64,000 nucleotides of DNA from Candidatus Binatia bacterium (GCA_963664015.2 CAXXLF010000002.1:1216001-1280000), one strand, 5' to 3'; shown: positions 39,201 through 49,504, counted from the first letter of the stretch. A program made the numbers and translations. Notes: generated by a model not told the origin, from the letters alone.

Positions 39201-39661
39201 TCGAGTCAGCCAGAGCGAAAGGGCTTAGGCTTTCCCTGGCCGATGGCAAGGTAAAGGTTCAGGCACCACAAGCCTTAGATGGGAATGCCAAGGCCCTCCT
39301 CCAGGAGCTTAGGGAGCATAGGGAAGAGGTTAAAAAATTTCTAAACGAATCTGACCCGATCCTTACCCTTTACCAGTGGTATCCAGACTTCCGGGACTTC
39401 CACCACAAGGTCATAGCTGAGACCGTCGACTTTGAAAACGGCTGGCTTCGTGTCAACAGACCGGACCTATTCCAGGCCATAAAGGCCAAAGAGAACGAAT
39501 TGGACTCTCTACAGGAGGCCAAGTTATCAGAGGTCATGAGCATCATACAGGTGTGGCGAGAACTTGTCTTAAAAGCCGAATTTGAGCGCGAGAGGCTAAT
39601 CTGGAGCCTAGAGCAATATTTTCCCAATGGACGAGCAAGGCGACAAGATAAATCCCCTTGA
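39179..39661 (+). CDS. Hypothetical satellite/phage protein (TubC_N-like N terminus)
   Basis: LIESARAKGLRLSLADGKVKVQAP...LLQELREHREEV; overlaps both neighbours. Confidence 0.6.
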   Translation: MPDVQSLIESARAKGLRLSLADGKVKVQAPQALDGNAKALLQELREHREEVKKFLNESDPILTLYQWYPDFRDFHHKVIAETVDFENGWLRVNRPDLFQAIKAKENELDSLQEAKLSEVMSIIQVWRELVLKAEFERERLIWSLEQYFPNGRARRQDKSP

Positions 39662-39908
39662 GGGCCTTGAAGGGTGGCTCAGGAATGTCATTCGGGAAGA
39701 GATCCGGGCGGCTATGGGGCAGAACGGCCACAAGGAAGAGGACAAGCTATTCAATGCAGAGGACGCCGCAAAGATCCTATCCGTCTCTAAAGACTGGTTA
39801 TACCGTAATGCCCACAAATTGCCATTTACCCTGAGAGTACCCCCAAACATGCTGCGCTTTTCCTGTCAGGGCATACAGAAGTATCTGGCTACCAGAAAAA
39901 CCTACTGA
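39627..39908 (+). CDS. Excisionase-like HTH protein
   Basis: LFNAEDAAKILSVSKDWLYR...LRF...IQKYL. Confidence 0.8.
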   Translation: MDEQGDKINPLEGLEGWLRNVIREEIRAAMGQNGHKEEDKLFNAEDAAKILSVSKDWLYRNAHKLPFTLRVPPNMLRFSCQGIQKYLATRKTY

Positions 39909-39923
39909 TCCATCATTATGTTA

Positions 39924-39952
39924 TTGACATATCTATGGCACATTACTAGCAT
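39924..39952 (+). promoter_or_regulatory. sigma70 promoter for the RHH-integrase pair
   Basis: TTGACA-17-TAGCAT. Confidence 0.6.
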
Positions 39953-39994
39953 CCCTCCATGCCCAGAATCTATTTTGGAAAGGGGGTAAAGATC

Positions 39995-40144
39995 ATGAAA
40001 ACCATGATCTACTTGGATGAGAAGATCCACAACCGGCTTAAACACATAGCTGCTGATGGTCGAGTCTCTATGGCAGAACTCATCCGTAGGGCAGTGGATG
40101 AGTATTTACAGAAACCATCAAAGAAAGGAGGGGGTAAACGATGA
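39995..40144 (+). CDS. CopG/ribbon-helix-helix protein
   Basis: KTMIYLDE....LK..A....VSMAELIRRAVDEYL; ATGA-coupled to the integrase. Confidence 0.8.
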   Translation: MKTMIYLDEKIHNRLKHIAADGRVSMAELIRRAVDEYLQKPSKKGGGKR

Positions 40145-41409
40145 ATGGATTATTATACTCAGACGCTGTCACCAAAGCTGTCGAGACAGGCGACCTAAGC
40201 GGACTTACGAAGTTCGCCAAGGATGCAGACAAGCGAATAGCAGAGCTACAAAAGGGAACACCGTCCCAGGCAGCTATAAAAGCAGATACGGGAGAACCCG
40301 AGGCAACTAAGAAGAAAACAGCCAGAGGAGTAGGAAGAGTATTCAAGCGCAAGATGCGTAATGCCAATGGAGAGACAGTTGAGGACCCAATCTGGTGGAT
40401 TGCCTACTATCACAGAGGTAAGGAGTACCGTGAAAGTTCTAGCTTTACGAGTGAGGAAAAAGCCAGAAGGAAACTTAAGAAGCGGCTACAGGATATTGGT
40501 AACCGGAGATTTGTGCCCAATGAGGACAGGGTGAGCTTCGATAACATCGTGGTGGATCTTGAAAACGAGTACCGAGTAAACGGCAGGCGGTCCCTGTCCA
40601 CTGCGAAGAACCATATACGGCATCTAAAGGGATACTTTGGTATGGATCGGGCAGTTGATATAATCCCGGATCGAGTTATGGCCTACCAGCTTCACCGCCA
40701 GGATGAGAGGGCTTCCAAAGCTACCACTAACCGTGAGATAGCCTGCCTAGGACGGATGCTCTCTCTAGCAGTGGAACTTAAGAAGATCTCATTCAAGCCA
40801 AAGTTCAAAATGCTGGATGGGGAAAAGATAAGGCAGGGTTTCTTAGAGCATGGAGATTTCCTAACTCTCTTGAACAACCTTCCTGATTACCTCAAGCCAA
40901 CGGTGGAGTTTCTCTACTACTCTGGTTGGCGAAAGGGAGCAGCGGGTAATCTTGAGTGGAAAGACATTGATATGGAGGGGAAAATGGCAAGGCTCAGGAT
41001 CGAGAACAGTAAGAATAAAGAGCCTTGGGTAGTCCCCCTTGCCGGAAGGTTATGGGACATTGTCCAAGGACGCCACCAGGACCGTCGTCTAGATTGCCCC
41101 TATGTCTTTCATCGGGATGGGAAAAGGATAGGCGACTTCAAGAAGGCGTGGAAGACAGCATGTAAAAAAAGTGGCCTTACGGAAACACTGGTTCACGATC
41201 TGAGACGGTGTACTGCCCGTAACTTATCCAGAGCCAATGTCCCCGAAGTTCTGGCAATGAAGATCACAGGCCACAAGACAAACTCTATGTATCGCCGCTA
41301 CCGGATTGTGGATGAGGATGAACTCAGGGAAGCTCAGGAGCGGCTACAGGCTCATCTAGAAAAGCAGTCCAATGCCCCAAGGGTAGTTCCTATCCGGGTA
41401 GCTAAATGA
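40141..41409 (+). CDS. int: Tyrosine recombinase/integrase
   Basis: SGWRKG, KN, HDLRR, ITGHKT, MYRRY catalytic set; next to att. Confidence 0.93.
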   Translation: MNGLLYSDAVTKAVETGDLSGLTKFAKDADKRIAELQKGTPSQAAIKADTGEPEATKKKTARGVGRVFKRKMRNANGETVEDPIWWIAYYHRGKEYRESSSFTSEEKARRKLKKRLQDIGNRRFVPNEDRVSFDNIVVDLENEYRVNGRRSLSTAKNHIRHLKGYFGMDRAVDIIPDRVMAYQLHRQDERASKATTNREIACLGRMLSLAVELKKISFKPKFKMLDGEKIRQGFLEHGDFLTLLNNLPDYLKPTVEFLYYSGWRKGAAGNLEWKDIDMEGKMARLRIENSKNKEPWVVPLAGRLWDIVQGRHQDRRLDCPYVFHRDGKRIGDFKKAWKTACKKSGLTETLVHDLRRCTARNLSRANVPEVLAMKITGHKTNSMYRRYRIVDEDELREAQERLQAHLEKQSNAPRVVPIRVAK

Positions 41410-41504
41410 GCGCACACGGACAGTACACGGTACAGTGGGGGCATTTTAGGCCATGTGGGGTAAGTTTGGAGTGTTTACTTGAGGTGCAAGGGGCTGATTT
41501 TAAA

Positions 41505-41581
41505 TGGTGGTCGCAGCAGGACTCGAACCTGCGACCTCTTGCATGTGAAGCAAGCGCTCTAACCAGCTGAGCTATGCGACC
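41505..41581 (-). tRNA. tRNA-Val(CAC), integration target
   Basis: GGTCGCATAGCTCAGCTGGTTAGAGCGCTTGCTTCACATGCAAGAGGTCGCAGGTTCGAGTCCTGCTGCGACCACCA forms a cloverleaf. Confidence 0.95.
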
Positions 41582-41614
41582 ACGGCTTAAACCTACTCAG
41601 GCAATCGCTCAAAG

Positions 41615-42424
41615 TCAACTGGGCTTCCCGCATATCACAGCGTAGGAAAGCCCGCCCTTTACATGGGCCTTGCCCCCGGTTTTCCAGGACCGGAAGTAGT
41701 GCTCTTCAAACCGTGTCTTCATCTCGTCTGATTTAGTATCCAACTCCTCGGCTACTTCCAACCAATGGCGGCCGGTGGGGACCCCTTCCATATTATCCTG
41801 GTCGAAAGAGATGCGGTGGACGTCCGAGTTGGTTACTGTGAACCGTTCCTGTTCGAGCAGCTCCTGAATCTCCTGAGCCGAATGGAAACGAAAAATCCCG
41901 CCATGGGAGCGGCCAAAGACCTGATTGACCAGATCATTCACCGAGCGGTCCACGGCGTCGTTAACCTGAACCACCACTGGATCCAGGACCGACAGGCTTC
42001 CCTTGGGCTTGAGGACGCGTCTGACCTCGCGCACCACCAGGGCCGGATCACGGAAGTGATGCAGGCTGAAGGCTACAAAGGCCCGGTCAAAGACGCCGCT
42101 ACGAAAAGGCAACAGACTTGCATCGCCGGCGGCCTGGAGGTATCTGGACTGGGGCCCACTAAGGCCCTTCTCTCTACCAACGCTGAGCATGGCCAGCGCC
42201 TCATCCAGACCTACGATCTTCCCATGGCCCAGGCGTTCTGAAACCGGCTCCGCATACCGTCCTGTCCCTGTAGCGACATCAAGCACCCATTCGCCACCCT
42301 GTAGCCGGAGACTTTCGATCATGCTCAGTCCGAGTTTTGCCCGGATATCTGAAACCTGCCGCCGATCAAACTCCAGCGCATGCTGATAGTCGTGGAATGG
42401 TGTCCCGTGGCTTTTTTGTTCCAC
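41615..42424 (-). CDS. Class I SAM-dependent methyltransferase (UbiE-like)
   Basis: VLDVATGTG, GDASLLPF...FD, LHH, RVLKPKG. Confidence 0.88.
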   Translation of the reverse strand: MEQKSHGTPFHDYQHALEFDRRQVSDIRAKLGLSMIESLRLQGGEWVLDVATGTGRYAEPVSERLGHGKIVGLDEALAMLSVGREKGLSGPQSRYLQAAGDASLLPFRSGVFDRAFVAFSLHHFRDPALVVREVRRVLKPKGSLSVLDPVVVQVNDAVDRSVNDLVNQVFGRSHGGIFRFHSAQEIQELLEQERFTVTNSDVHRISFDQDNMEGVPTGRHWLEVAEELDTKSDEMKTRFEEHYFRSWKTGGKAHVKGGLSYAVICGKPS

Positions 42425-42831
42425 TATTTCGCTAACTCCGTAATAATCTTCCACTGCTCGTCGTTTACCGGCATCACCGAGAGACGGGATATACGAACAA
42501 GGTCAAACTTAGCAAGTTTGGACTGAGCCTTAATCTCTGCGAGAGAAACCGGTCGGGGAAGAGGCTTTGACGCCTCAATATCAAAGACCAGAAACCTCGG
42601 GTTTTTCTCTTCAGGATTCGGATAGGCCCCACTCAACGTTCGCCCTATGCCGACGGCGGCCTTTTCCTTCCCCGTATGATAGATCAGGACCCAGTCGCCT
42701 TTACGGACACCGGTCATGTGTTTTAAAGCTAAATTGTTCTTCACCCCGTCCCATACGGTTTGCTTATCCTTTTGCAGTTGCTGAAAAGAATACACAGTGG
42801 GTTCGGTCTTCACCAGCCAACGGTTTGCCAT
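42424..42831 (-). CDS. EVE domain protein
   Basis: WLVKTEP, WDGVKN, YHTG, SRLSVMPV. Confidence 0.92.
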   Translation of the reverse strand: MANRWLVKTEPTVYSFQQLQKDKQTVWDGVKNNLALKHMTGVRKGDWVLIYHTGKEKAAVGIGRTLSGAYPNPEEKNPRFLVFDIEASKPLPRPVSLAEIKAQSKLAKFDLVRISRLSVMPVNDEQWKIITELAK

Positions 42832-42945
42832 GATTTGTTCTCCCGCCGTTATTTATCCTGATTCGACCACCACATGTCAATGGGCCTTTTTCAACAGGCT
42901 GCAGGAAATTGAACTTCCCCGGGCGGCATGATATGACGGGACACG

Positions 42946-44556
42946 ATGTCCTCCTTCGACGATTTCTGCGGCGCCTTTTTTGACAAATACTTTTCTCTTT
43001 ATCCCACCAATGCGATCCATTACGGGATAGAAGGATACGATCACCTATTAAAAGACTATAGCGATGAGGCCTTCGAGGCTGAAAAGGCCTTTGCCCAAGA
43101 ATCGTTCCAGAGCTTGAGACAGGTATCCGTCAAAGGGCTGAGCCGTGACAAAACCATCGACTACGCCCTGCTAGAAGGGCAGCTCACCATAGAGAACTAC
43201 GAATTCAACAAGGAAGACTATCGGCTCAGGCAGCCGGATCTCTATCTTCCCGTATCCGACATCTACATTGTAACCGTGCGACCCACTAAAGACCGATTCG
43301 GAAGTATCGTCAGCCGACTGGAAGCCGCACCCCGAGTCCTCCGCCGGGGGATCGAGAATCTAAGCCGTCCCGATGCAATGCCGCCCCGGCTCTGGACCGA
43401 GATGGCCATCGAGGCATCCGAGGGGGAGATCAGTTTTCTGGACCGGCTCAACCGCATTCCGTCGGTTAAGGAGAGCATAACCGACCCGGCACGCCTGAAC
43501 CGGGCTGTCGAGAAGACCAAGGACGCCGTGCGGGACTATACCGAGTTCCTCCAGAAGGAGCTCCTGCCCCGCAGTCAGGGTACCTACGCCGTAGGAGCCG
43601 AACACTACCACCTGCTTCTCAAGAAACGACATTTTTTGAATCAAGACGCCGCAGAACTCCTGGCCCAGGGAGAGTGCCTATTTGAAACGACCAAACGCGA
43701 GTTATCCCAACTGGCCGAGAAGATTTTACCCGGCAAGAGCATTCTGGAGGTGACGCAGAAAATTCAAGAGCGCCATCCCCCTGCTGAGGACGTCCTGTCG
43801 GCCTACCAGAGCGCCATGGAGAAAGCCCGCGCATTCGTTTTTGAACGGAAGCTCGTAACCTTTCCACCGGCTGAGAAACTACGCGTGGGCCCCACACCCG
43901 AATTCGAACGCCATGAAGTCCCCTTTGCGGCCTATCTTCCGCCCTCTCCCAAAGACCCCGAACAGGTTGGACACTACTACGTGACACCGGTGACGGACCC
44001 AGAGCTGTTAGGTGAGCACAACTGGGTAGGCCTGGAGAACACCTCGGTACACGAGAGCTACCCGGGACACCATCTCCAATTCACGATCGCCAATTCCAAC
44101 CCGGCAAGCTGTACGCTGCCGCGGCTCATGAACGAGTCCTCGGTATTTTACGAAGGCTGGGCTCTGTACTGCGAACAGCTCATGCAGGAGCAGGGATTTC
44201 TCCAGTCCCAGGAACATCGATTTGTGATGCTGAAGGACCGTCTCTGGCGTGCTCTGAGGATTATTATTGACGTCAAAACCCAATCGGGACAGATGTCCTA
44301 TAACGAAGCCGCTGAACTCATGACACGCGAGCTAAACTTCCCCTTGAGCCAGGCCCAGGGGGACCTGAACTGGTATAGCCAATCTCCATCCACCCCCATG
44401 GGTTACGCCCTGGGCTGGTCCATTATCAACCGCCTCCGAGTCACTGAGCAAAACAGATTGGGTTCAAGTTTCAACCTGTGCGACTTCCACGACCGCCTCC
44501 TCAGCGCCGGTAGCATTTCCCTGCCGCTGGTTGAGAAGAGACACTTCTCCACATGA
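42946..44556 (+). CDS. DUF885 family protein
   Basis: HESYPGHHLQ, EGWALYCE, RALRIIID, Y..G, FHDRLLSAGS. Confidence 0.9.
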   Translation: MSSFDDFCGAFFDKYFSLYPTNAIHYGIEGYDHLLKDYSDEAFEAEKAFAQESFQSLRQVSVKGLSRDKTIDYALLEGQLTIENYEFNKEDYRLRQPDLYLPVSDIYIVTVRPTKDRFGSIVSRLEAAPRVLRRGIENLSRPDAMPPRLWTEMAIEASEGEISFLDRLNRIPSVKESITDPARLNRAVEKTKDAVRDYTEFLQKELLPRSQGTYAVGAEHYHLLLKKRHFLNQDAAELLAQGECLFETTKRELSQLAEKILPGKSILEVTQKIQERHPPAEDVLSAYQSAMEKARAFVFERKLVTFPPAEKLRVGPTPEFERHEVPFAAYLPPSPKDPEQVGHYYVTPVTDPELLGEHNWVGLENTSVHESYPGHHLQFTIANSNPASCTLPRLMNESSVFYEGWALYCEQLMQEQGFLQSQEHRFVMLKDRLWRALRIIIDVKTQSGQMSYNEAAELMTRELNFPLSQAQGDLNWYSQSPSTPMGYALGWSIINRLRVTEQNRLGSSFNLCDFHDRLLSAGSISLPLVEKRHFST

Positions 44557-45431
44557 GTCCCAAAGCAAGGAAGAAGTGGCGCGGTCCGCTTCTGGGAGCC
44601 CATATGTCTATCGCGGGAGGCCTGGAACAGGCCCTGCTGGCAGGGGAAAAAGTTCAATGTGATGCGGTCCAGATCTTTACCAAGTCTTCCCGCCAATGGG
44701 ACGCCCAGCCCTACACACATGAGGAGATCGACTGCTTCAAGCGTCAGAAAAAGAAGTCCGGCATAACCCGCGTGATTGCCCATAATTCATACCTTCCCAA
44801 CCTGGGCACACCTGACCTCAAACTGAGAAAAAAATCAGTCAATGCCTTGATCGACGAGGTGAAGCGCTGCGAGAGCGTGTCCATCCCTAATCTGATTGCC
44901 CACCCAGGCGCTCATATGGGTGAGGGTGAAAAGAAAGGAATCCAAAGGATCGCCCGTTCGCTAGATGATATTCACAGGTCCTGCCCCGGCTATAAAGTCA
45001 AAATCACCCTGGAGATCACCGCCGGGCAAGGTACGGCGCTGGGCTGGCGTTTCGAGCAGATTCGCGGCATTCTGGATGCCGTAAAGGAGAACCAGCGCCT
45101 TCGGGTCTGCTTCGACACGGAGCATGCCTTCGCAGCCGGCTACGATATCAGGACCAGGGAGGGCTATGAGAGAACATTCTCCGAATTCGATGAACGGATC
45201 GGCATCGGTTTGCTAGCTGCCTTCCACCTGAACGACTCCAAGAAGGAGTTGGACTCGAGGGTAGACCGCCACGAACACATTGGGAAGGGATTCATCGGCG
45301 TGGAGGCCTTCCGGCTACTCATGAATGACCAGCGCTTCTGGGGTCTCCCCATGTGTTTGGAAACGGCTAAGGGACCGTATCTCAACGAAGACCGGGAGGG
45401 CCTGACACTACTGCGTAGCCTCATCCGCTAA
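44553..45431 (+). CDS. nfo: Endonuclease IV
   Basis: GAHMSIAGG, AHPG, LEITAGQG, CFDTEH, HLNDSK, DRHEHIG, LET. Confidence 0.95.
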   Translation: MSPKARKKWRGPLLGAHMSIAGGLEQALLAGEKVQCDAVQIFTKSSRQWDAQPYTHEEIDCFKRQKKKSGITRVIAHNSYLPNLGTPDLKLRKKSVNALIDEVKRCESVSIPNLIAHPGAHMGEGEKKGIQRIARSLDDIHRSCPGYKVKITLEITAGQGTALGWRFEQIRGILDAVKENQRLRVCFDTEHAFAAGYDIRTREGYERTFSEFDERIGIGLLAAFHLNDSKKELDSRVDRHEHIGKGFIGVEAFRLLMNDQRFWGLPMCLETAKGPYLNEDREGLTLLRSLIR

Positions 45432-45462
45432 CAACCGGGCGGCAATGGGTACCCAAAATAGT

Positions 45463-46146
45463 CTAGGGAAGCTTTTGCCAGAGGGCAAAGGTGTCTTTTG
45501 ACTTCTTCGAATCCGGAGAAGTCAACCATGGCTCTTTAGTCCCAGCACCCTTGGGCAGGCCAAAGAAATAGATCCTCAGCAATTGGTCGATCAGGTTGGG
45601 AAGAGATGCGTCCCGTTTCGGGTTGTACCAGGTATAGATCCAGTTCATCATCCCAAACAGGGAAAACGTGGCCACCCTCAAGTCTAATTTTTTGCCCCCC
45701 TCACCTTTCTGGAGCTCCTCGAGCAAATCCATCAGCACCTTCACATAACGTCGCTTCGCATTTCGGATCTTGTCCTGGAGTTTTCCGGTCAGGGACTCAT
45801 CCTCATGGGACATGACCTTCATCTCGCACATATTGTGAAGAAAAAAACCGACGTGATTACCCACAAAGGTACATATCCTTACTCGCACGTCCGCCTTGGG
45901 ATCGGCGGTTTTCTCCCAGCGCTGCAAAAGAGTTAAAAAGCACTGTTCCTGGATCAAAAAGAGGAGTTCCTCTTTGGTAGGAAAATAATAATAGAGGCCG
46001 GCCAGGCTCATGCCCGTCGCACGTGAAATGTCACGAATCGAAGTACGGTGAAATCCCTTCTCAGCGAAAATCTGGGCAGAACTTCTCAGGATTAGTTGAA
46101 GTTTTTCGTCGTAATGGCGAGTCGAGGACTCTAAACGTTTGGCCAT
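45463..46146 (-). CDS. TetR/AcrR family regulator (KstR2/PaaR-like)
   Basis: FAEKGFHRTSIRDI...LYYYFPTKEELL; GMMNWIYTWY. Confidence 0.9.
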   Translation of the reverse strand: MAKRLESSTRHYDEKLQLILRSSAQIFAEKGFHRTSIRDISRATGMSLAGLYYYFPTKEELLFLIQEQCFLTLLQRWEKTADPKADVRVRICTFVGNHVGFFLHNMCEMKVMSHEDESLTGKLQDKIRNAKRRYVKVLMDLLEELQKGEGGKKLDLRVATFSLFGMMNWIYTWYNPKRDASLPNLIDQLLRIYFFGLPKGAGTKEPWLTSPDSKKSKDTFALWQKLP

Positions 46147-46194
46147 GGAGCAACCTATGTAACCGGTTGACCCTAAGTGTGTCAACTGTTTACC

Positions 46195-46378
46195 CAGGCC
46201 GGCCAAAAAGGCCCATCGGCCATCAGCCCGCCCAGAGCCGGTGTTTAAGATAGCTGCGCTCGATCGCTACGGAAATCATTTCCACTCCTAACGAAGTCGC
46301 TCCAACGTACTGATCAAGTACGCTTACGCTCGTCGATTTCTCGTGCGCCTCGCACCTGGAACCTTTTTGACCGGCCTG
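46195..46378. repeat. MITE/REP-like element with 17-bp terminal inverted repeats
   Basis: caggccggccaaaaagg ... cctttttgaccggcctg (16/17 match). Confidence 0.5.
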
Positions 46379-46513
46379 AAAGAGGAAAGAAGATTGAGGA
46401 TTGAAGATCTAAAAAGGACTGAATAAGAAGATCCGGACGCTTTGTGTCCATGCGCTTTGCCGTTCGCTAATCTGCGATAATCGGCGTAAATCTGCGGCTA
46501 ATTACTCTTTGCG

Positions 46514-47461
46514 CTATGCTCCTTTCGCTTTGCCGCCTAGATGGGGAAGAACGTTCTGACCGAAACGCTCGATCTGTTCTAATCGATCGGGCCAACGGGG
46601 TGCCATGAATTGTAGCGCCACGTGTTCGACGCCCACCCCCTCGTAGGCCCTCAACGCTTCGACCAACTGCGCAGGATCCCCCTTCAGTCGACCCTCTTCC
46701 TGATAAACCGGCTCACGGGTGAGCTGTACGGGCAAGCAGCAGCACAGGTGCACATCCGACTCGCCTCTTCCCGCTTCCACCGCCCAATATCGAACTCGAT
46801 CAAACCGTGCAGCTAACGCTTTCGGCGTTATAGCCACAAAGTACGGGAACCAGGCGTCGCCGTAGCGACCGGCCCGCCGCTGAGCCTGAATACCCTCCCC
46901 GCCGACCCAAAGGGGGATACGAGGTTTTTGCAGAGGCTTGGGATAAAAAGCCACATTGTCGAATCGATAGTAACGCCCCTGGAAGCGTGGATGGCGACGG
47001 TCCCATAACTGCCTCAAGATCAGAAGCTGCTCATCGGACCTGGACCCGCGATCCTCAAAGGGAACGCCAAGGGCATCAAACTCCTCTTTCAGCCACCCAA
47101 CCCCCACTCCAAGGACTGTACGGCCCCGGGACAAGTGGTCAAGGGTCGACATTATTTTGGCCCAATGGAGCGGATGGCGGTAGGGTAGAACCAATACGCT
47201 CATCCCCAGCACGATCTTTTCTGTGCAACCGGCTAGAAAGGCAAGGCATGTCAAAGGATCCAAAAAAGGCCGGTCGGGAGGCACGATAAATTGGTTATCA
47301 TCGCTATAGGGATATGACGTGTGGATCTCCCACGGGATGATGACGCGGTCCGCAGCCCAGACCGAATGATAGCCTGAGGCCTCAGCCTTTCGAGCGGCCT
47401 CCATGAGCGTAGCGGGACCCGCTGCGCGCCCCGAGATCGGTAAAAACACCCCCAACCGCAT
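46514..47461 (-). CDS. LLM-class (luciferase-like, F420/FMN) oxidoreductase
   Basis: AEASGYHSVWAAD, LDHLSRGR..LGVGVGWLKEEF, PKPLQKPRIPLWVGG. Confidence 0.9.
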   Translation of the reverse strand: MRLGVFLPISGRAAGPATLMEAARKAEASGYHSVWAADRVIIPWEIHTSYPYSDDNQFIVPPDRPFLDPLTCLAFLAGCTEKIVLGMSVLVLPYRHPLHWAKIMSTLDHLSRGRTVLGVGVGWLKEEFDALGVPFEDRGSRSDEQLLILRQLWDRRHPRFQGRYYRFDNVAFYPKPLQKPRIPLWVGGEGIQAQRRAGRYGDAWFPYFVAITPKALAARFDRVRYWAVEAGRGESDVHLCCCLPVQLTREPVYQEEGRLKGDPAQLVEALRAYEGVGVEHVALQFMAPRWPDRLEQIERFGQNVLPHLGGKAKGA

Positions 47462-47662
47462 GGCTCGATTGACCTCTTTAATCCTCTAGCCTTGTGCCGC
47501 TATCCCGGTGGCGGCAAATGCCATCGAATCCTTCATAGCCTACCCTCACAGCCACGTCCAGCCACCTTCCAGGCGGAGCTAGATTAAGCGCCCAATACCT
47601 GCTAAAAGCATAAAACTATTAAGCTCTTTCCTGCCATGAGGCAACCAAAGGAGGATAAATCA

Positions 47663-48253
47663 ATGGCTCTGCGAATCTATCAATTCCCAACCTCGATGTT
47701 TTGCGAAAAGGTGAGAATCACTCTTTCTCTTAAGAATATCCCCTATGAAATTGTCGATGCCAGGCAAGATGATCGTAAGGCACTGATAGAGTTTTCCGGT
47801 CAGAAAAAGGTCCCTGTGCTCGATTTCAACGGCCAACCGGTGATCGACTCCACTGTGATTTGTGCCTTCCTCGAAGAAAAGTATCCCCAACCCAGCCTCT
47901 ATCCCTCGAATCCCACCGACAAAGGACTCTGCCTTGTACTGGAGGACTGGGCAGATGAAATTCTATTTAAATCGGTGCACATGATGCGTTCCAAAGAGCT
48001 CCCTGAGGTCCAGAAGGAGGGCGAGAGATTACTCCATATCAACCTCCAGATGTTGGAACAGTGGTTCTCCGGCGATAAAGAATTTATCTTCGACCGGATC
48101 ACCCTTGCGGATATCGCCGTCTTTGTGGAACTGCATTACCTCTATACCTCTGTTAAAACCGAGGTCCCAGCCCAATACAGGAACGTCCATGCCTGGATGG
48201 ACCGGGTGTGTCGAACCTTGAATCTCTCGTCCTTGGACGATATCGCGGCATAG
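47663..48253 (+). CDS. Glutathione S-transferase family protein
   Basis: SMFCEKVR, KVPVL, DSTVI..FLEEKYP, TLADI. Confidence 0.88.
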   Translation: MALRIYQFPTSMFCEKVRITLSLKNIPYEIVDARQDDRKALIEFSGQKKVPVLDFNGQPVIDSTVICAFLEEKYPQPSLYPSNPTDKGLCLVLEDWADEILFKSVHMMRSKELPEVQKEGERLLHINLQMLEQWFSGDKEFIFDRITLADIAVFVELHYLYTSVKTEVPAQYRNVHAWMDRVCRTLNLSSLDDIAA

Positions 48254-48307
48254 CGTTCCCCTGCCCCGATTGATCAACCGGCGAGAGCAATTAGGGCGCA
48301 CACACCC

Positions 48308-49504
48308 ATGACAACCAGCCCATCGGATAATATCTGGACCCGTACGTTTCTCATCCTGTGTTTGGCCGAGTTCCTGGGATATGCCCATAACGCGTTGCTT
48401 ACCCCGACGCTTCCCCTTTATGTAATCCAACTGGGCGGGTCGCCCTTCCTATTCGGTGTGATCCTCGCCTCCTTTAGTGTCACGAGTGTCTTTCTCCGGC
48501 CTCTGATTGGATCGTGGGCGGATTCCTGGAGTTACGCAGGTATCCTTTCCATTGGGGCCTCGTTGCTGGGCCTTAGCGTCCTTATTTACCTCTTCCCTTT
48601 TACCCTGGTACTGGTATTCGCCAATGCACTTCGCGGTATAGGCTGGGCCGGGCTCAACACTGGCGGCTATTCCCTGCTCGCCAACAGTGCGCCCCCGAAT
48701 CGCAGAGGAGAGGCCTCGGGATTTTACGGGGCATTTCAAAGCAGCCCCCATATCATATTTCCCGCCATGGCCCTCTGGCTCATCGATGCACCGCTGGGAG
48801 GCTTCAGAGTGGTGTTTATCCTATCTGCCGCACTGGCCTTTACGGGAAGCGGAATTGCCCTGGTCCTCAAGAGTCGAACCGAACAGACTAGGCCCCAACA
48901 ATCCTCTTCGAGTAGCGCGAGACCAGGTCGCCCGAAAATCTTTACCTCTGTCGACTCAAATGTGATGGTCGCATCGGCTTTGTTGTTATGCTTGCATGTC
49001 GCCATGCCCGTCACCACAGGATTTCTGGTGCTATACACGCGCGAGATCGGTATCGAAGGGATGGGCTGGTATTTTCTTGCAAGCGGTATCACTCAAGTGC
49101 TGACCCGCCCTACACTAGGGCTGCTCTCGGACCGAATCGGCCGTGGCCGCTCCGTTGCAGCCTCCTATGTGCTGGAACTCGCCGGACTCCTACTGCTCAT
49201 GATGGCCCCCAACCTTATGGTCATTGTCATGGGTGGTATGCTCTATGCCGCCGGCACCTCCATGGGCACCGCAACGACAATGGCTATGGCCATAACCCTG
49301 GCGGATCCCGCACGCCGCGGTGCGGTGATGGCGACCTTTTCAACCGCTCTACCCATGAGCATGGGTATCGGGGCCATGGTGGCCGGAACTATCGTCGATC
49401 TCGCGGGTTACAAATGGATGTTCGTCGCGGCTATGGCGATGGTGTCCATGGGCCTTATCCTCACGCTCGTAAAATGGTCGACCCTCGACCCTCCCCGCCG
49501 ATGA
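48308..49504 (+). CDS. MFS transporter
   Basis: 12-TM pattern; G.LSDRIGR; RRGEASG. Confidence 0.9.
   Translation: MTTSPSDNIWTRTFLILCLAEFLGYAHNALLTPTLPLYVIQLGGSPFLFGVILASFSVTSVFLRPLIGSWADSWSYAGILSIGASLLGLSVLIYLFPFTLVLVFANALRGIGWAGLNTGGYSLLANSAPPNRRGEASGFYGAFQSSPHIIFPAMALWLIDAPLGGFRVVFILSAALAFTGSGIALVLKSRTEQTRPQQSSSSSARPGRPKIFTSVDSNVMVASALLLCLHVAMPVTTGFLVLYTREIGIEGMGWYFLASGITQVLTRPTLGLLSDRIGRGRSVAASYVLELAGLLLLMMAPNLMVIVMGGMLYAAGTSMGTATTMAMAITLADPARRGAVMATFSTALPMSMGIGAMVAGTIVDLAGYKWMFVAAMAMVSMGLILTLVKWSTLDPPRR

Larger units (their letters stand above)
6842..41551. mobile_element. Integrated genomic island / phage-satellite-like element in tRNA-Val(CAC)
   Basis: 49-bp direct repeats at both ends matching the tRNA 3' half; integrase next to the intact tRNA; xis, primase-helicase and defence cargo. 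Confidence 0.92.

Noticed and set aside
48988-49500. N-terminal extension of the 445-aa ORF
   Set aside because: Out-of-frame overlap with the first MFS gene; the true start is ATG 49501
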